This document shows, piece after piece, positions 49,033 through 61,839 of a DNA stretch of 64,000 nt. Under the pieces are notes generated by a model. The model had not been told where the DNA came from and did not search any database. It was given only the letters and a program-made list of their open reading frames with translations. Source of the DNA: Octopus sinensis (Eukaryota); assembly GCF_006345805.1 (NCBI RefSeq), contig NC_043001.1:89156001-89220000 (forward strand), in the 5' to 3' direction. Each line of letters starts with the position of its first letter. Position 1 is the stretch's first letter. The position numbers and the translations under genes are program-made.

Positions 49033-49545
49033 CAGAGTCCCAATAGTCACTGATGGGTTTCAATTTTTAATAACTCCCTTAACTTTACAAATAAATGCAT
49101 GAAATTTTGATACAATATAAAAGACATAATGGAAATTAATATACACAAGACAAATTTTGCAACACCACTACATTACATATGAAAAATGATATCGCTTAAA
49201 TGGCAGCCATTTTCAGCTTCACACATCCATACCCTTTCCAAGACTTGCGCCTTAACACCCTCAAGAGTTTCAGACCCCACTTCTCTGATTTCTCTATTGA
49301 TCTTCTCCTTCAGTTGCACCAGGGTCTCTGGTTTGTTGACGTAAACCTTCTTTGACAGGTATTCCCACAAGAAGTTTGGGCTAGTCAAGTCTGGGGAACA
49401 TGATGGCCAGTTGATATTGCCATAGCAGAAGATTATTCTCTCTCCAAAGCACTGCTGTAGCAACTGCATTGTTTCTCTTGCGTTACGAGCAGTTGCCCCA
49501 TCTTGCTGGCACCATGCATGAAGTCTACTTTGAATGGCCTTGAAT
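49033..49545 (-). mobile_element. Tc1/mariner-superfamily transposase C-terminus with one TIR
   Basis: 'WCQQDGATARNARETM..WPSCSPDLTSPNFLWEYLSKKVYVNKP..GCHLSDIIFHM*'; TIR-like 'ta cagagtcccaatagtcac' at about 49031-49050. Confidence 0.85.
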
Positions 49546-49564
49546 GACTTCAAAAAACAAATTA

Positions 49565-50160
49565 TATCATCATCATCATCATTTAACATCTGTTGTCCAT
49601 GCTGGCTTGAGTTGGACAGTTTGACTGGACAGTCATGCTGGAAGGCTGCACCAGACTCCAGTCTGATTTGGCATGGTTTTCCACGGCTGGATGCCCTTCC
49701 GAATGCCAACCACTCTGAGAGTGCAATGGGTGTTTTTACATGCCACCAGCATGGGTGCCATTTGTGTGACACCGGGGTGCATTTATGTGCCACTGGCATG
49801 GATGCCAATTTGCATGACACTGGTATCTGCCATAACTGCAGCTTTGCTCAGCTTGATGGGTCTTCTCAAGCACAACATAATGCCAAAGGTCTTGGTCATT
49901 GCCTCTTTGAGGTCCAACACTCGAAAGGAACTCAGCCACTTTGCCTCTGTGAGGCCCATTGTTCAAAAGATGTTCTTTACATGCCACTAGCATGGGTGCA
50001 CTTGGCTTGATGGGTCCTCTCAAGCACAGCACATCGCCAAAGGTTTCGGTCACCAGTCATTGCCTTTGTAAGGCTTTGTAAGTTCAACGATCATGCTTCA
50101 CCACCTCGTCCCATGTCTTCTTGGGTCCACCTCCACCACAGGTTCCCTCCACAGTTAGAG
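49565..50160 (-). mobile_element. RTE 3' end (C-terminus plus family C tail) adjoining the Tc1-like fragment
   Basis: 'LTVEGTCGGGGPKKTWDEVVKH..LWRCAVLERTHQAK' runs into the family C units and (GAT)n; internal duplication about 49852 vs 50005. Confidence 0.78.
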
Positions 50161-50769
50161 ATTGGTACTTCTTATGTATGTATGTACAGGGTTATGAAAT
50201 TTTCCACTTTCAGAAATTGCCAAGAATGTCCACTAGTTTCAGGAAGCAGTCTTTAATTTGCCTTGACAGAAACTTGGATAATTTTTTAAAATTTAAAGGC
50301 TATACTTTCTTCTTAGTGAAAATAGCTGCTTCTCTGTATATTAGCTGAGATAAAAGTAGTTAACAATTTGAAAAACTTTAATCAGAATGCATACATGTGT
50401 GTGTGTGTGTGTGTGTCTCTAAACACTTATTGAGTATATGTGGAATTTTTCACTGGGAATATTTGTGTATGTATTTGTGCATATTTTTTGAGTTACAATA
50501 AATTTCTATGTAGGTATGTAGGTAGGTAGGAAGGTAGGTATGTAGGTAGGTATGTAGGTAGGTAGGTAGGTAGGTATGTAGGTAGGTAGGTAGGTAGGTA
50601 GGTAAACTCTGAAATGAAACTCTGAAGTCTATGTCAGTTCAGTTTACAAGAACTGTGATACTTGCCCACTAAACCAGGCACACATGGTTGGCTCAGTCAT
50701 CTATGAGGTCGAGGTCACCTCTATACTGAAGGATAAAATACATTGGCTGGTGCAAAAGTGGCTTCAAAA

Positions 50770-51075
50770 TGACATTCACATACCACCAGTCTTTTTCAAG
50801 CACATAGACAAAAGGTAAAGCCCAAAATTAGCAAGCTTTATCTGGAGCTTGAAGGGCAGTAGTATGCCATACACCATCAAGTGGAACACTGTACAGAGAT
50901 CTAGTTCATTCATTAATGGGTCAAAAAAGTGCAGGCTTGGTATAGCTGAAAGAACACACACCCTTATCAGATCAAAGAATTTAACCAGCCTTCTAAACAT
51001 GAGGTCAGAAATTTGTACAAGACATAGGCATCTCAACAAATTTCTGTTATTGAACTGGAAGACCAGATTAGAGAC
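50770..51075 (+). mobile_element. Penelope-like element GIY-YIG C-terminal fragment
   Basis: 'LASFIWSLK..YTIKWNTVQRSSSFINGSKKCRLGIAER..LLNMRSEICTRHRHLNKFLL' matches the recalled PLE pattern IKW.I...Y.NGSK.C.LC..EK..LLNKRSE...CRH.NK. Confidence 0.7.
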
Positions 51076-51427
51076 ACTTTAATGCACTTTAGCATTTTCA
51101 CCATTTGACTACCTTTACTATGTAGTTGGAAACATTTCACATGAACAATTCTCTTCATCTAACATGTTAAAGGAACATAACTTTTATACCCATTTTTCTT
51201 TAACACTTTCTTGTAATTTTACCTCATGATTTTTTTGTCTAGTTATTTTTCTTCCATTTCCTCACAGTGTGGACATGTAATTTGAAGCTGAACAATTACT
51301 AGACCATGCATAGTACACTGTACTAGTCTGTCTGATTACTGCACTATTGATCAGGAAATTTGAAGTAGCTCACTCTTGTATTCATTAAACAATTGTGTGT
51401 GTGTGTGTGTGTGTGTGTGTATGCATG

Positions 51428-51462
<35 letters not shown>

Positions 51463-51974
51463 ACACACACACACACCATAATTGAGCAGAACATGTTGCA
51501 AAGTTCAGACTACAAGTAAACTCATGTAGTTGTCCAGTGGTTTCCAAGAGATTGAAAGAGAACACTCAGGAGAACCTCCAAGATCATAGGAAGATGACCG
51601 AGTCAAACAATTTGGACCAAGATTTGGAAGTGAACTGAGGCAAGCAATGTATAAGGGCATACGGACATCTGATAGTCTGGTCACCAAAGAAATAGACAAT
51701 GCATATCATCATCATCATCATGTAACATCCATTGACCATGCTAGCACAGGTTAGACGGTTTGACCAAGACTGGTAAGCTGAGGGGCTGCACCAGACTCTG
51801 GTCTGATTTGGCATGGTTTCTATGGCCAGATGCCTTTCTTAATGCCAACCACTCTGAGCATGTAATGGGTGCTTTTATGTGCCACCGGTATGGGTGCTAG
51901 TTGCATGACACCAGTATCTACCATGACTATGATTTTACTTGACTTGATAGATCTTCTACTCAAGTATCATGAGT

Positions 51975-52019
<45 letters not shown>

Positions 52020-52215
52020 CCATGGATTGAATTATTATTATTAATACTTATTATTATTATTATCATTATTATTATTATTATAACCCCATAAAACTGCTAT
52101 TGCCTGTTGGTATCCTTAGGCCATAGCCAACATAATAAAATAGCAGCTTTTACATGTGTACTCAAAAACATTTCCTCTAAACAAATCTAAAAGATATACA
52201 TATATCTTTATTACA

Positions 52216-52294
<79 letters not shown>

Positions 52295-52447
52295 CATATA
52301 TATATACATATATATATATAAAGGCCCATGGCCTAGTGGTTAAAGTGTTATACTTACGATCACAAGATTGTGGTTTTGATCAGCAAAATGCTTCATTTCA
52401 TGCTGCTCCAGTCCACTCAGCTGTAAATGGGTAACCCTGCAACAGAT

Positions 52448-52492
<45 letters not shown>

Positions 52493-52587
52493 AGTAGTAG
52501 TGCAAAGCAATGTTGGAAAATATACAAACTTTATGTTCAAATATGTTTGGGATATTTCGACTTCTAAAGACAATTTCACTGCTGTTT

Positions 52588-52845
52588 TTACCATGGTGAA
52601 ACAGTTCTTGCTTTAGGTAAAAAGGTGTAAGGACTGCATTATCAGTACAAATCAGTAAATAGCATTAAAAGATTTCTGATAATGCTAAAGCTTTCAGTTA
52701 GCTCAGAGTTGCTTCTCTCGGTATATGTTACTGAAGACACCTAAGAATCCAGAAATGCATCTAATGGTTCACAAAGGGCACTCTGAGCTGATAATGTTGT
52801 CCTTACACTTTTTGGCCTAAAGCAAGAATTTTTTCTCCACAGTAA
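52588..52845. mobile_element. MITE-like element, about 58-bp imperfect TIRs
   Basis: 52588-52645 vs 52788-52845 (ttcttgctttagg..aaaa.gtgtaaggac..cattatcag). Confidence 0.75.
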
Positions 52846-53134
52846 GCTGCCATGAAATTACCTTTAGAATTTGAAATAAATTTGAACTAACCTGAAGTTT
52901 GTTTATATATATATATAACGGTGGATAAGGCTGGCCTATGGGATTACCCTAGATTTCATGTCCATAAAGCGCTTAGCTTTACAGCATAAGATCAAACCCC
53001 AAAACCTGTAGGTACATGGCCTCAGAGAGGTCATGTGTTCTATAGATACACTGTTCTATATATACTGATATACTGCTCTATAACTTAGAAGGTGCTTCTT
53101 TTTCAGATTCATGATTTACCAATGATATTTATAT

Positions 53135-53460
53135 ATAAGAAGCTTGCTTCCCAATCATATGATTCTAGGTTCAGTCTCAGGCTGACCAAAGCCTTGTAAG
53201 TAGATTTGGTTAATGGAAACTGAAAGAAGCCCATCGTGTGTGAGTGTGTATGTGTGTTTGTGTCAGTGTTTGTCCCCAACTCCACCCTGTGTCAACCAGT
53301 ATTGATGTATTTACATCCCTGTAACTTAGCAGTTCTGGAGACAAGACTGATAGAATAAGTACCAGGCTTTAAAAATCTAAGTACTGGGGTCAATTCATTC
53401 AACTAAACTTCTTCAAGATAGTGCTACAGCATGGCCACAGTCTAATGACTGAAACAAGTA
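53135..53460 (+). mobile_element. SINE, family B (internally shortened)
   Basis: Head, central domain and tail motifs present. Confidence 0.8.
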
Positions 53461-53525
53461 AATATGTGTGTATGTGTGTGTGGTGTGTGTGTGTGTGTGC
53501 ATTTACCCAAAATGCATACACGTCT

Positions 53526-53562
<37 letters not shown>

Positions 53563-53614
53563 CATACACACACATACACACACGCACATACATACATACA
53601 TACATACATACATA

Positions 53615-56600
53615 CATGATGCCCATCCACTCATCACTGAGGAAGACCATTGCTGACCTTTAGGAACATTGTGTACTCTAGGACTAACTTATATTTTGCA
53701 TTTGTGGCTCCATTAATGTCTAATGAGCCCTGCTCTTGACAAGCATATACAACTGCAGACATTGCAAACCAAGCTTTCCTCATTCACTACACCAGCAGTG
53801 CGCTTCCAAGCAGCACGCTTAAATTCTTCGTGTAGAATACATGCTCTCTCAAAAGTATTGACCCCTCCTTGACCAGCTTCCTCCATCTGTGGCAATGACA
53901 GGCATTGCTCTCCTAGTTAGTCTCCTACCTATCACAGGCCTTTAACAAGGACTTGACTCAGTCCTTAAAGCCTTGGTTTCTGCTAAGGTCTCTTTCTACT
54001 AACAAGTTCCCCATATAGTATCTGTTTAAGGATCCTGTTACTCTTCATTCTAATAAGGTGTTCAGCCCAATGTCATTGGTGCTTGTGCACCATCACCTCA
54101 ATACTCAAGATATCAGCTTTCCTCAGGGCCTGTGTGTCTTGAGTTTATATGGTCCAGCCAACATTCAGAATGTGTTTCAGATATCTCTGATGAAAGCGTT
54201 CAAGGCCTTTTACATGACGTTTGCAGAGGGTCCATGTCTTACATGAGTATACCATGCACATGTATAGTATACAGCAATTTTTGTTTGCCTTGTGAAAGGA
54301 ATCAGTTGCTCTCTGCAGCCTGAAAGATATTTCATCATCCAAGGAGGAAGAACAGCTGAGTGTGCTGCCCAGGTAGACAAACCTGTCTACACTTTCAGTA
54401 TTGTTCCTTCAACCAAAATAGCTGGTTCTACATATGGATTTCCTGGTGCAGGCTGGAACATTACAACAATCTTGTCTGGGCTAATGCTGAGTCCAAATGC
54501 CTTACAAGAAGCAGAAATATGATTCATAAGTATTTGCATATCATCCACTGTATGACTGACTAAATCACAGTCATCTGCATAAAGGAGGTCACAAATAAGA
54601 GACTGGAAAAGTTTTGAATTGGCAGAAAATCAGCACAGATTAAAGAGGTAGCCAGAAGATTGATACCTGGCATACATTCCCAGAGAGCTAACCTTAGCAA
54701 AAGCATGAGTAAAAGCAGCAGCCAAGTACAAAGAAAAGAGAGTTGGAGCAAGGATGTCACACTGCTTGACACCATTCTCTACAGGAACGGATCCCACCAT
54801 GCCACCACCAACATTGACTCAAGCCTCCATCCCATCATGAAATGCTTTAATTATAGAAAGAAAGTGATCCAGACATCCAAATTTGCCAAGTATTTTCCAT
54901 ATCAAGGCCCTATTCACAGTATCAAAGGCTTTGGTTAAATCAATGAATACCTGGACAAGATCCATATTCTGGTCAGAGCACTTCTCCTGCATCTGTCTTG
55001 CTGTGAAAATAATGTCCATTGCCCCTCTACCAGATCGGAAGCTACATTGAGATTCAGATAGGACATCATTTATGAGATACCCATTCAGGTGGGTAAGAAG
55101 AATATTTGCCAGAACCTTGCCAGCAGCTGATAGTAGGCCAATACCTCTATAGTTACCACACATTGTTCTGGCTTCTTTTCCTTTACAGAGAGGAAGAGAG
55201 ATTTCATCCTTCCAGTCCTTAAACATTGCACCATCCCGCCAGACTATGCTTATAAGTTCATGAAGGGACTGTATGATGTAATCACCACCAAATCACAAGA
55301 CCTCAGTACAAATTCCATCCCTTCCAGGTGCCTTACCAAGATTCAATTTACTTATTTATGTCATTACCTCATCTTTTGAGGGTGTGTAATTTAAGGATCA
55401 ATGATAAATCTTTGTTGCATAGTATCAATCATTGTTTCATCCACAACTGACTCATGGTTTAGGAGTTCAGAGAAGTGTTCAATCCGGCGACCTGTGATTT
55501 CTGTTGATTTAGTAAAGAGAGTAGAAGAATCCTTAGAAAGCAAAGAAGCTGATGCAGAGCTCTGAGGCCCATAAACTTGCTTCATAAGATTGTAAAGCAT
55601 CTTGCTGTCATTTGCATCAGCAGCAGCCTGAACATTAACATCCTCCCAATAAGTGCTCTGCATCTTCCTGAGAGATCGCTGCAGTAGTGATTTTACACTG
55701 GGCAAGTGCTAGATTTCACTGCACAGCTGAAACTTCTCTGTGCAGCAATACATTGTAGGCATGGTGCTTTACAACCAGTAGTCTCTGAACTTCAGCAGCA
55801 TGTTCATCAAACCAGTCTCTGTGTCTGGCAGTAGCATATCCCAGTGTTTCAGCAGCACATTGAAGAACCTGGTCTCAAAAATCTTCTCATACTGTAGTAT
55901 TTTCAATGCTGGACAAGCAAGTCTGAAGTTCTTTCCTCAACACAGCATCATATATCTTATTGACATTCAGGAATGCCAACTGAGAAATGCCAACTGGCCC
56001 TCTTCTCTCTTTCAGTCTCATCATCATCCGGAACTTTGCTCACACCAGACTGTGGTCTGTCCAGCATTCTGATCCATGAAAGGACTTGACATTACAAATG
56101 TCATAGATGTCACGCTTGCAGATGATGACATAATCCAGCAAGTGCCAAACTTTAGACCTTGGATGCATCCACGTTGTTGTGTGATCACCTTTGTGCATAA
56201 AATGAGTGCTTGCAATGTAAAGTCCATGTTCATCGCAAAGCTCCAGCAGCATGAGACCATTGCTATTCATTTTCCCTACACCAGAATGTCCTAGAGTTCT
56301 GTGTTTGCCAGTCTGTTCCAAACCTGGCATTGAAATCCCCCAGTAGAATGACTTTATCAGAATTGGGATTTTCCTAAGTATAGCTCTCAGCTGGGTATAA
56401 AAAATAGTTTTATCTTCATCACAACTAGTCAAAGTAGGTGCACAGGTACTTATTACAGTAGCAAGCTGCCCACCTTTCAGGTACAATCATAGTCATTAGA
56501 CATTCATTTATAGGAACAAAAAGCTTCTCCAACTTCTAAATGATATCAGATCAAACTGCAAAGCCAACACCAGCCTCTCTGTGCTCCTCCTTCAGCCTCC

Positions 56601-57755
56601 CTTTCCAAAAAAGGTACATGCACTTTCTATTTCCTCAAGCTGACCATCACCTTCTATACGAGTCTCAGAAAGTACAGCTATATCAATGTTATAGTGGTTC
56701 AGCTCGTGAGCAACATATGCAGTGTGTCTTTGGGGCCTACAATCACTCTTGTTATTCAACAGAGTGTGCACATTCCAACATGTAATGTTAAAGTTCCATC
56801 CAGATTTTGTGAAAAAAAAAGTTTCTGTTTTTCAAACGCAGGGTGGACATCTGCCAGTCACACTAAACTGACCAAATATAGAATGACAGGCAATTTTTGG
56901 TTCACCTTTTCTAGACCCTCCCCTGCCTCTGGCTGAACAGTGCCCTCTCCAAATGGAGCTGCTCAGACACCCATGCAGCAGCCAAATCCTATCGCTGTCT
57001 TGGGCTACAAGGAGGCAACTTTATATCTAGCATGGGCCGCCTACATGCAGGTTGCTGACTGCATGCTTCCAACCCGTCAGGTCTGCATGCTTCACCACCT
57101 TCCCATCACCACAGAATAAGAATAAAATAAATATATACTAATAATAAATAAATATATACTAAAAATAAAGATACATATATATGCTGAAAAAATATATATA
57201 TAGGGGGAACAAAAAAAGCAGCACATATCAAGCAGAGGTCAACAATGCCTGTGCAGAGTTTTAGATCCAATAAGGCTTGCATGACACCTCATAGACCCTC
57301 TCCACTCTATTGACATTATCCAAAGATAAGCCAGAGCGAGATGTCTGGAGCCAATATGAGTCACAGGCTCAGGGATATGGGAGTGCCATGATCCCTAGCA
57401 CAAACCAAAGATCCCCAAAATGTCCAATGCTATTCCCTGCATATCTGGTTTTATATCAGAGTGACCTTCCCCTAGAGACATGCTTCATTCCCAGCAGTCT
57501 TCTAGCTTGCCAGATACCATCCCGGAATTTCTGCATACCCGTGCTATTGCTAGATAGCCGTTGAGCCTGCACTAGGTTCATCCGACCTTTCAACAGGTCT
57601 TGTTTTTAATCCTGCTGGATTTCTAGCAACCCTCCTCATCAGGGTAGCCTGGTAGGGGTGCCAGTTTAGTTACCGACAACCTGACCATGCAACAGGTTGT
57701 ATTGGATTCCATGTTACCAGTAGCACATGTGAGAGCCTCATAAGTGACCTAACAT
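53615..57755 (-). mobile_element. Near full-length decayed RTE-clade (BovB-like) LINE
   Basis: APE endonuclease (APTL..GKMNSNGL..TWMHPRSKVWHLLDYV..TDH); RT (NYRGIGLLS..QCSFRSGR..FIDLTKAFDTV..ADDCDL); C-terminus (ERFHQRYL..CNVCSCICLSRAGLIRH); 5'UTR to about 57755; many stops and frameshifts. Confidence 0.93.
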
Positions 57756-57756
57756 A

Positions 57757-57843
57757 ACATACATACATACATACATACATACATACATACATACATACAT
57801 ACATACATACATACATACATACATACATACATACATACATACA

Positions 57844-57882
<39 letters not shown>
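57757..57882. repeat. (CATA)n followed by (TAAA)n
   Basis: Visible directly. Confidence 0.97.
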
Positions 57883-58202
57883 AAGAGTTGTCTTTGCTTT
57901 TCAGCTTTTCATTACTTAAATAAATAAACCAAATACTGAGATTGATCTAATAGGCAGTGTCACTCTGACCTATCAAACCTACCATGAAAAAGAAAAAATC
58001 AAGAAATTTCTAGCATTGTGCTTACGCTAGAAACTATTTTTGTTGATGTTGTTGTTGCTGATGCTCCTGCTACAGCCAAAAAAAAAACATAAAACTAAAT
58101 TCTGGTAAGCCTGAACTCCTTGTCTTCATAAATTAAGTCCTGGGATGAATTTAATTTGTTAACCTGGCACACAAATGTCACCTTGTCTGAATATAAGAAA
58201 CT

Positions 58203-58217
58203 GTTGTTGTTGTTGTT

Positions 58218-58259
<42 letters not shown>

Positions 58260-58340
58260 GTCGCCGTCGTCGTCGTCGTCGTCGTCGTCGTTGTTGTCGT
58301 CGTCGTCGCCGTTGCTGCCACCGCTGCTGCTGCTGCTGCA
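58203..58340. repeat. Compound (GTT)/(GTC)/(GCC)/(GCT) trinucleotide array
   Basis: Visible directly. Confidence 0.93.
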
Positions 58341-59849
58341 GTTGTTTTTGTTAATAGTTAACCAATGGAGTTGCCAAAATGACAGTGTGCTGGACTGAGT
58401 ATTTTTCAATATTGAGTTGGACATTTTTGTATTCTCAGTTCAGATTTCAATAGAACTGGCTTTGTTCTTTTACTACTTTGTGATCATCAAAATAGTTAAG
58501 GGGCCATTTCAATAAACTGTACAACTTCCCCCTCCCATAATTCTGAGGCCTTATGCCAATGTAAGAAATATTTTATTGAGGATGTTTTATCCCATTTCAG
58601 TACTGACTCTGCAAGCCTATGATCAATAAACATTCCAGCCATGGCCATCGTATCTGTTAACCTTAATGTACTTAGGGCCATATTATTCCAAAGTGCCAGA
58701 TAAAGTGCTTTATGGCATTTCTTCAGCCTTTACATTCTAAGTTCAAATTCCATTGGGGTCAACTTTGCCTTTCATCCTTTTGGGGTGATAAATTAAGTAC
58801 CAGTCAAGTGCTGGGGGTAATAAAATCGACAAGTCCCTCCTGCCAAATTTCAGACCTTGTGCCTGTTATAGAAAAGGTTATTCCAGTGTGTCCTTTTTGT
58901 ATATCAACATCTATAAAGCTGAAATACGAAAAAGTTGTTTGATTTCTTGGTTATTTGTCTCATTTTGGGATGGGAAACGGTTTAAGGAGCGGTAGATGGG
59001 GTTGGATTGGCGCCAAAATTTACACTGGGGGGTAAAATGGGGTGGGCAATGGTGTGAGGAGGGTTGCAAGTCACTCGGGGCTACTGTTTGGTTGCCATGG
59101 TGAGGAATATGGGAAAAATTGAGTTTTATGGGATAGACAGGTTGCGCTGTTTGAATAATGGTGGCTTTTCGTGTTGCTGCAAGGGCTAGAGGCGGTTATC
59201 TTTAATTGTGGGTGTAAAAATTTGGGGGATTTTGGAAAGGGAGATAAAGAAGGCAGCAATAAAAAGAACCAGGCAAAGAAGACGAACAAAAGAAAAAAGG
59301 GAAAAGGAGACAACACGCACAAAACAACATACCACCAAAACCCGAGTGAAGCACAGGTCAAAATAGCTAGTATATATATATTTTTTAATATACGAGGATG
59401 TGATTTATGTCAAAGCATGTGTTTAACTCAGGATCAGAACATAGCATGTTCAATTTCTAAACACACAGGGTATAGTGTGTCCTTGAGCAAGTTACCTCAT
59501 TTTATATTGCTAAGTAATGGTATGACTCTCTCATCCAACTATCACATCATGGATGTTTTGTTGAGTCATGGATGATGGGCGGGGGGAGAAAGTGTCTATG
59601 ACTGCTCTCATCTACATAAACATCTGAAACAATAAACTAAACCATGATCATCCCTTTACCTGTCGTTTCTGCCTGTAGCAGAATGTGCACTAGCATGAAA
59701 TAGTTGCCTGCATAGTATGGATTTACATAGTTTCATCAACCATACTCTTCCATGCTGGTTTAGGGCATGTTGATAGAGGGTATTAATTTTGGACTTTATC
59801 TTCTCTTAGATTGATTGCTTTCACCACAGCTAAAGAGCTCAATCTACAT

Positions 59850-60090
59850 CATCATCATCATCATCATCATTTAATATCCATTGTCCAATCTGGCATGGGT
59901 TGGACAATATGACCAGAGCTGGCAAGCCAGGGTGCTGCACCAGACTACAGTCTGATTTGGCATGGTTACTACATCTGGATGCCCTTCCTAATGCCAACCC
60001 CTTTAGGGAGTGTGCTGGATGCTTTTACGTGGGGCCGCACGGGCACTTTTACATGGCACCACACAAGCAGTTTTACATGACACTGCACCA
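59850..60090 (-). mobile_element. Family C element
   Basis: (CAT)n plus 'ggatgcccttcctaatgccaac' and repeated 'tttacatggcacc' units. Confidence 0.75.
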
Positions 60091-60498
60091 GTAAAAGTCT
60101 GTTCAATCCACAGATGGGATCTTCACAGGTTCTACCATTGTGGGTGAGAATGGTAAAGCATGGTACATCTTACTAAACCATACTCACTCATAAGTGACGG
60201 TTGGCTACACTTGTACTAGAATTTGATTTGAGGGAAATTTGACTGCTATTGCTTGGCACATTAAGTGATTAAACATCATGCAGGTATTAAACTAACACCT
60301 GGGTCTTTGGGTTTGCTACATATTGTATTCTTTGGCAACAACATGCATTAATTCCCCCACATCTCTGAACCTTCATTTAGCTGTAGTTAGGTCCTATGAT
60401 ATAAAACAATATTTATAGGATTTTTTTTTCATTTAAATAATGAACAAAATTTAATATAAATCTTCAGCTGACAACATTAAAGTTCCCACCCTCCATCT

Positions 60499-60548
<50 letters not shown>

Positions 60549-60604
60549 ATACATCAAATATCTTATTTCAGGTTTAGCAACTCCATCAAAACTGCATGCT
60601 CTTG

Positions 60605-60681
<77 letters not shown>

Positions 60682-60852
60682 TTATATATATATAAACGAT
60701 GATGATGATGATATATATATATAGGTGAATAGATAGATAGATAGACGAATGAATAGACAGCTGGGCGGACAGGTAGGTAGGCAGGCAGATACATATACAT
60801 GTCTGTGTATGTATATGAGTATGCATGTATGTGTATGTATTTATATATATAT

Positions 60853-61103
60853 AAAAGTAGTTTTAGAGACAGAACCACCTTCAACTAAATCAACACTGAA
60901 AGATTTTATACCCAACCACTCCATAAAATGTTAGATATTAAATCTTATAGTAACTATATCTATTCTGAATTCCGGAAAATACAGAATTCAGAATAGATAT
61001 AGTTAGTATAAGATTTAATATTTAACATTTTATAGAGAGGTTAGGTATAAAATCTTTCAGTGTTGATTGAGTTGAAGGTGGTTCTGCCTTTAAAACTACT
61101 TTT
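60853..61103. repeat. TA-flanked fold-back palindrome, 120-bp arms
   Basis: 60853-60972 vs 60984-61103 around the 11-nt spacer cggaaaataca. Confidence 0.92.
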
Positions 61104-61839
61104 ATATATACAAATTAAACATTGAGAGATGTTCATTTCAGCACATCTAATTTGAATATCTTTTTCCTGTGTACTTGGAAGTAATATTCCCTAAAATTAC
61201 TGCATCAGCATGGCCGCAGCTCTGAGCTCAAACTAGAATATATATATATATAATATATATATATATATTATATATATATACACATACATACACATATTCA
61301 TATATATATATATATAAAGTACAGCTGTGGTTGTGTGCATAAGACATTTTTCCATATAAATATTTTGTTTATTCTGTGTTCCTCCTTTGTGGTGGAAGCA
61401 TTTAGCATGATACAAAAACATGTGTGTTTACATACAAACAAAGTTTTGATTTTTGCTTCTACACTGAAAGAAGTAACATATAATATTTGTATCACATTAT
61501 GTATGCATGTGTGTAATGAGAACAGTCATTTTGAGAATGTGTGTGGGATAAAACCTCTTCGTTTACGAACCATATATTTTGTGTCGAGATGAATAGATAT
61601 GTGAGTTGCATGTGGAGCTGCAGAGAAGACATGTGTCTTTGACCAAAGCCTGGCAGGAACTGAGGTTGTTTCTACAGTGTAGCTCAGAACAAGGCTAGTG
61701 TCTCAGAACGAAGCTACTGTATCGAAGCAAGGCTAGTGAATTAAAGTGAGGCTAGACATCTCATCTGCTGTGCAAGTCGACTCACATATTACTATGTAAT
61801 ATGTAGCTCTGCTACAAGTTCAATAAAGGCAAAAACACA

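Noticed and set aside
56960-57755. HDV-like or twister-like ribozyme in the RTE 5'UTR
   Set aside because: Partial motifs are present (gcctccttgtagc; GGUAAC-UAA...GAGGG-UUGCU), but I could not complete P1/P1.1 for HDV or P2 and the UCCCAAG loop for twister. An Infernal search on the family consensus would settle it.
58095-58424. Asp/Gly/Asn-rich and Ser/Leu-rich ORFs
   Set aside because: Translations of the trinucleotide array on both strands.
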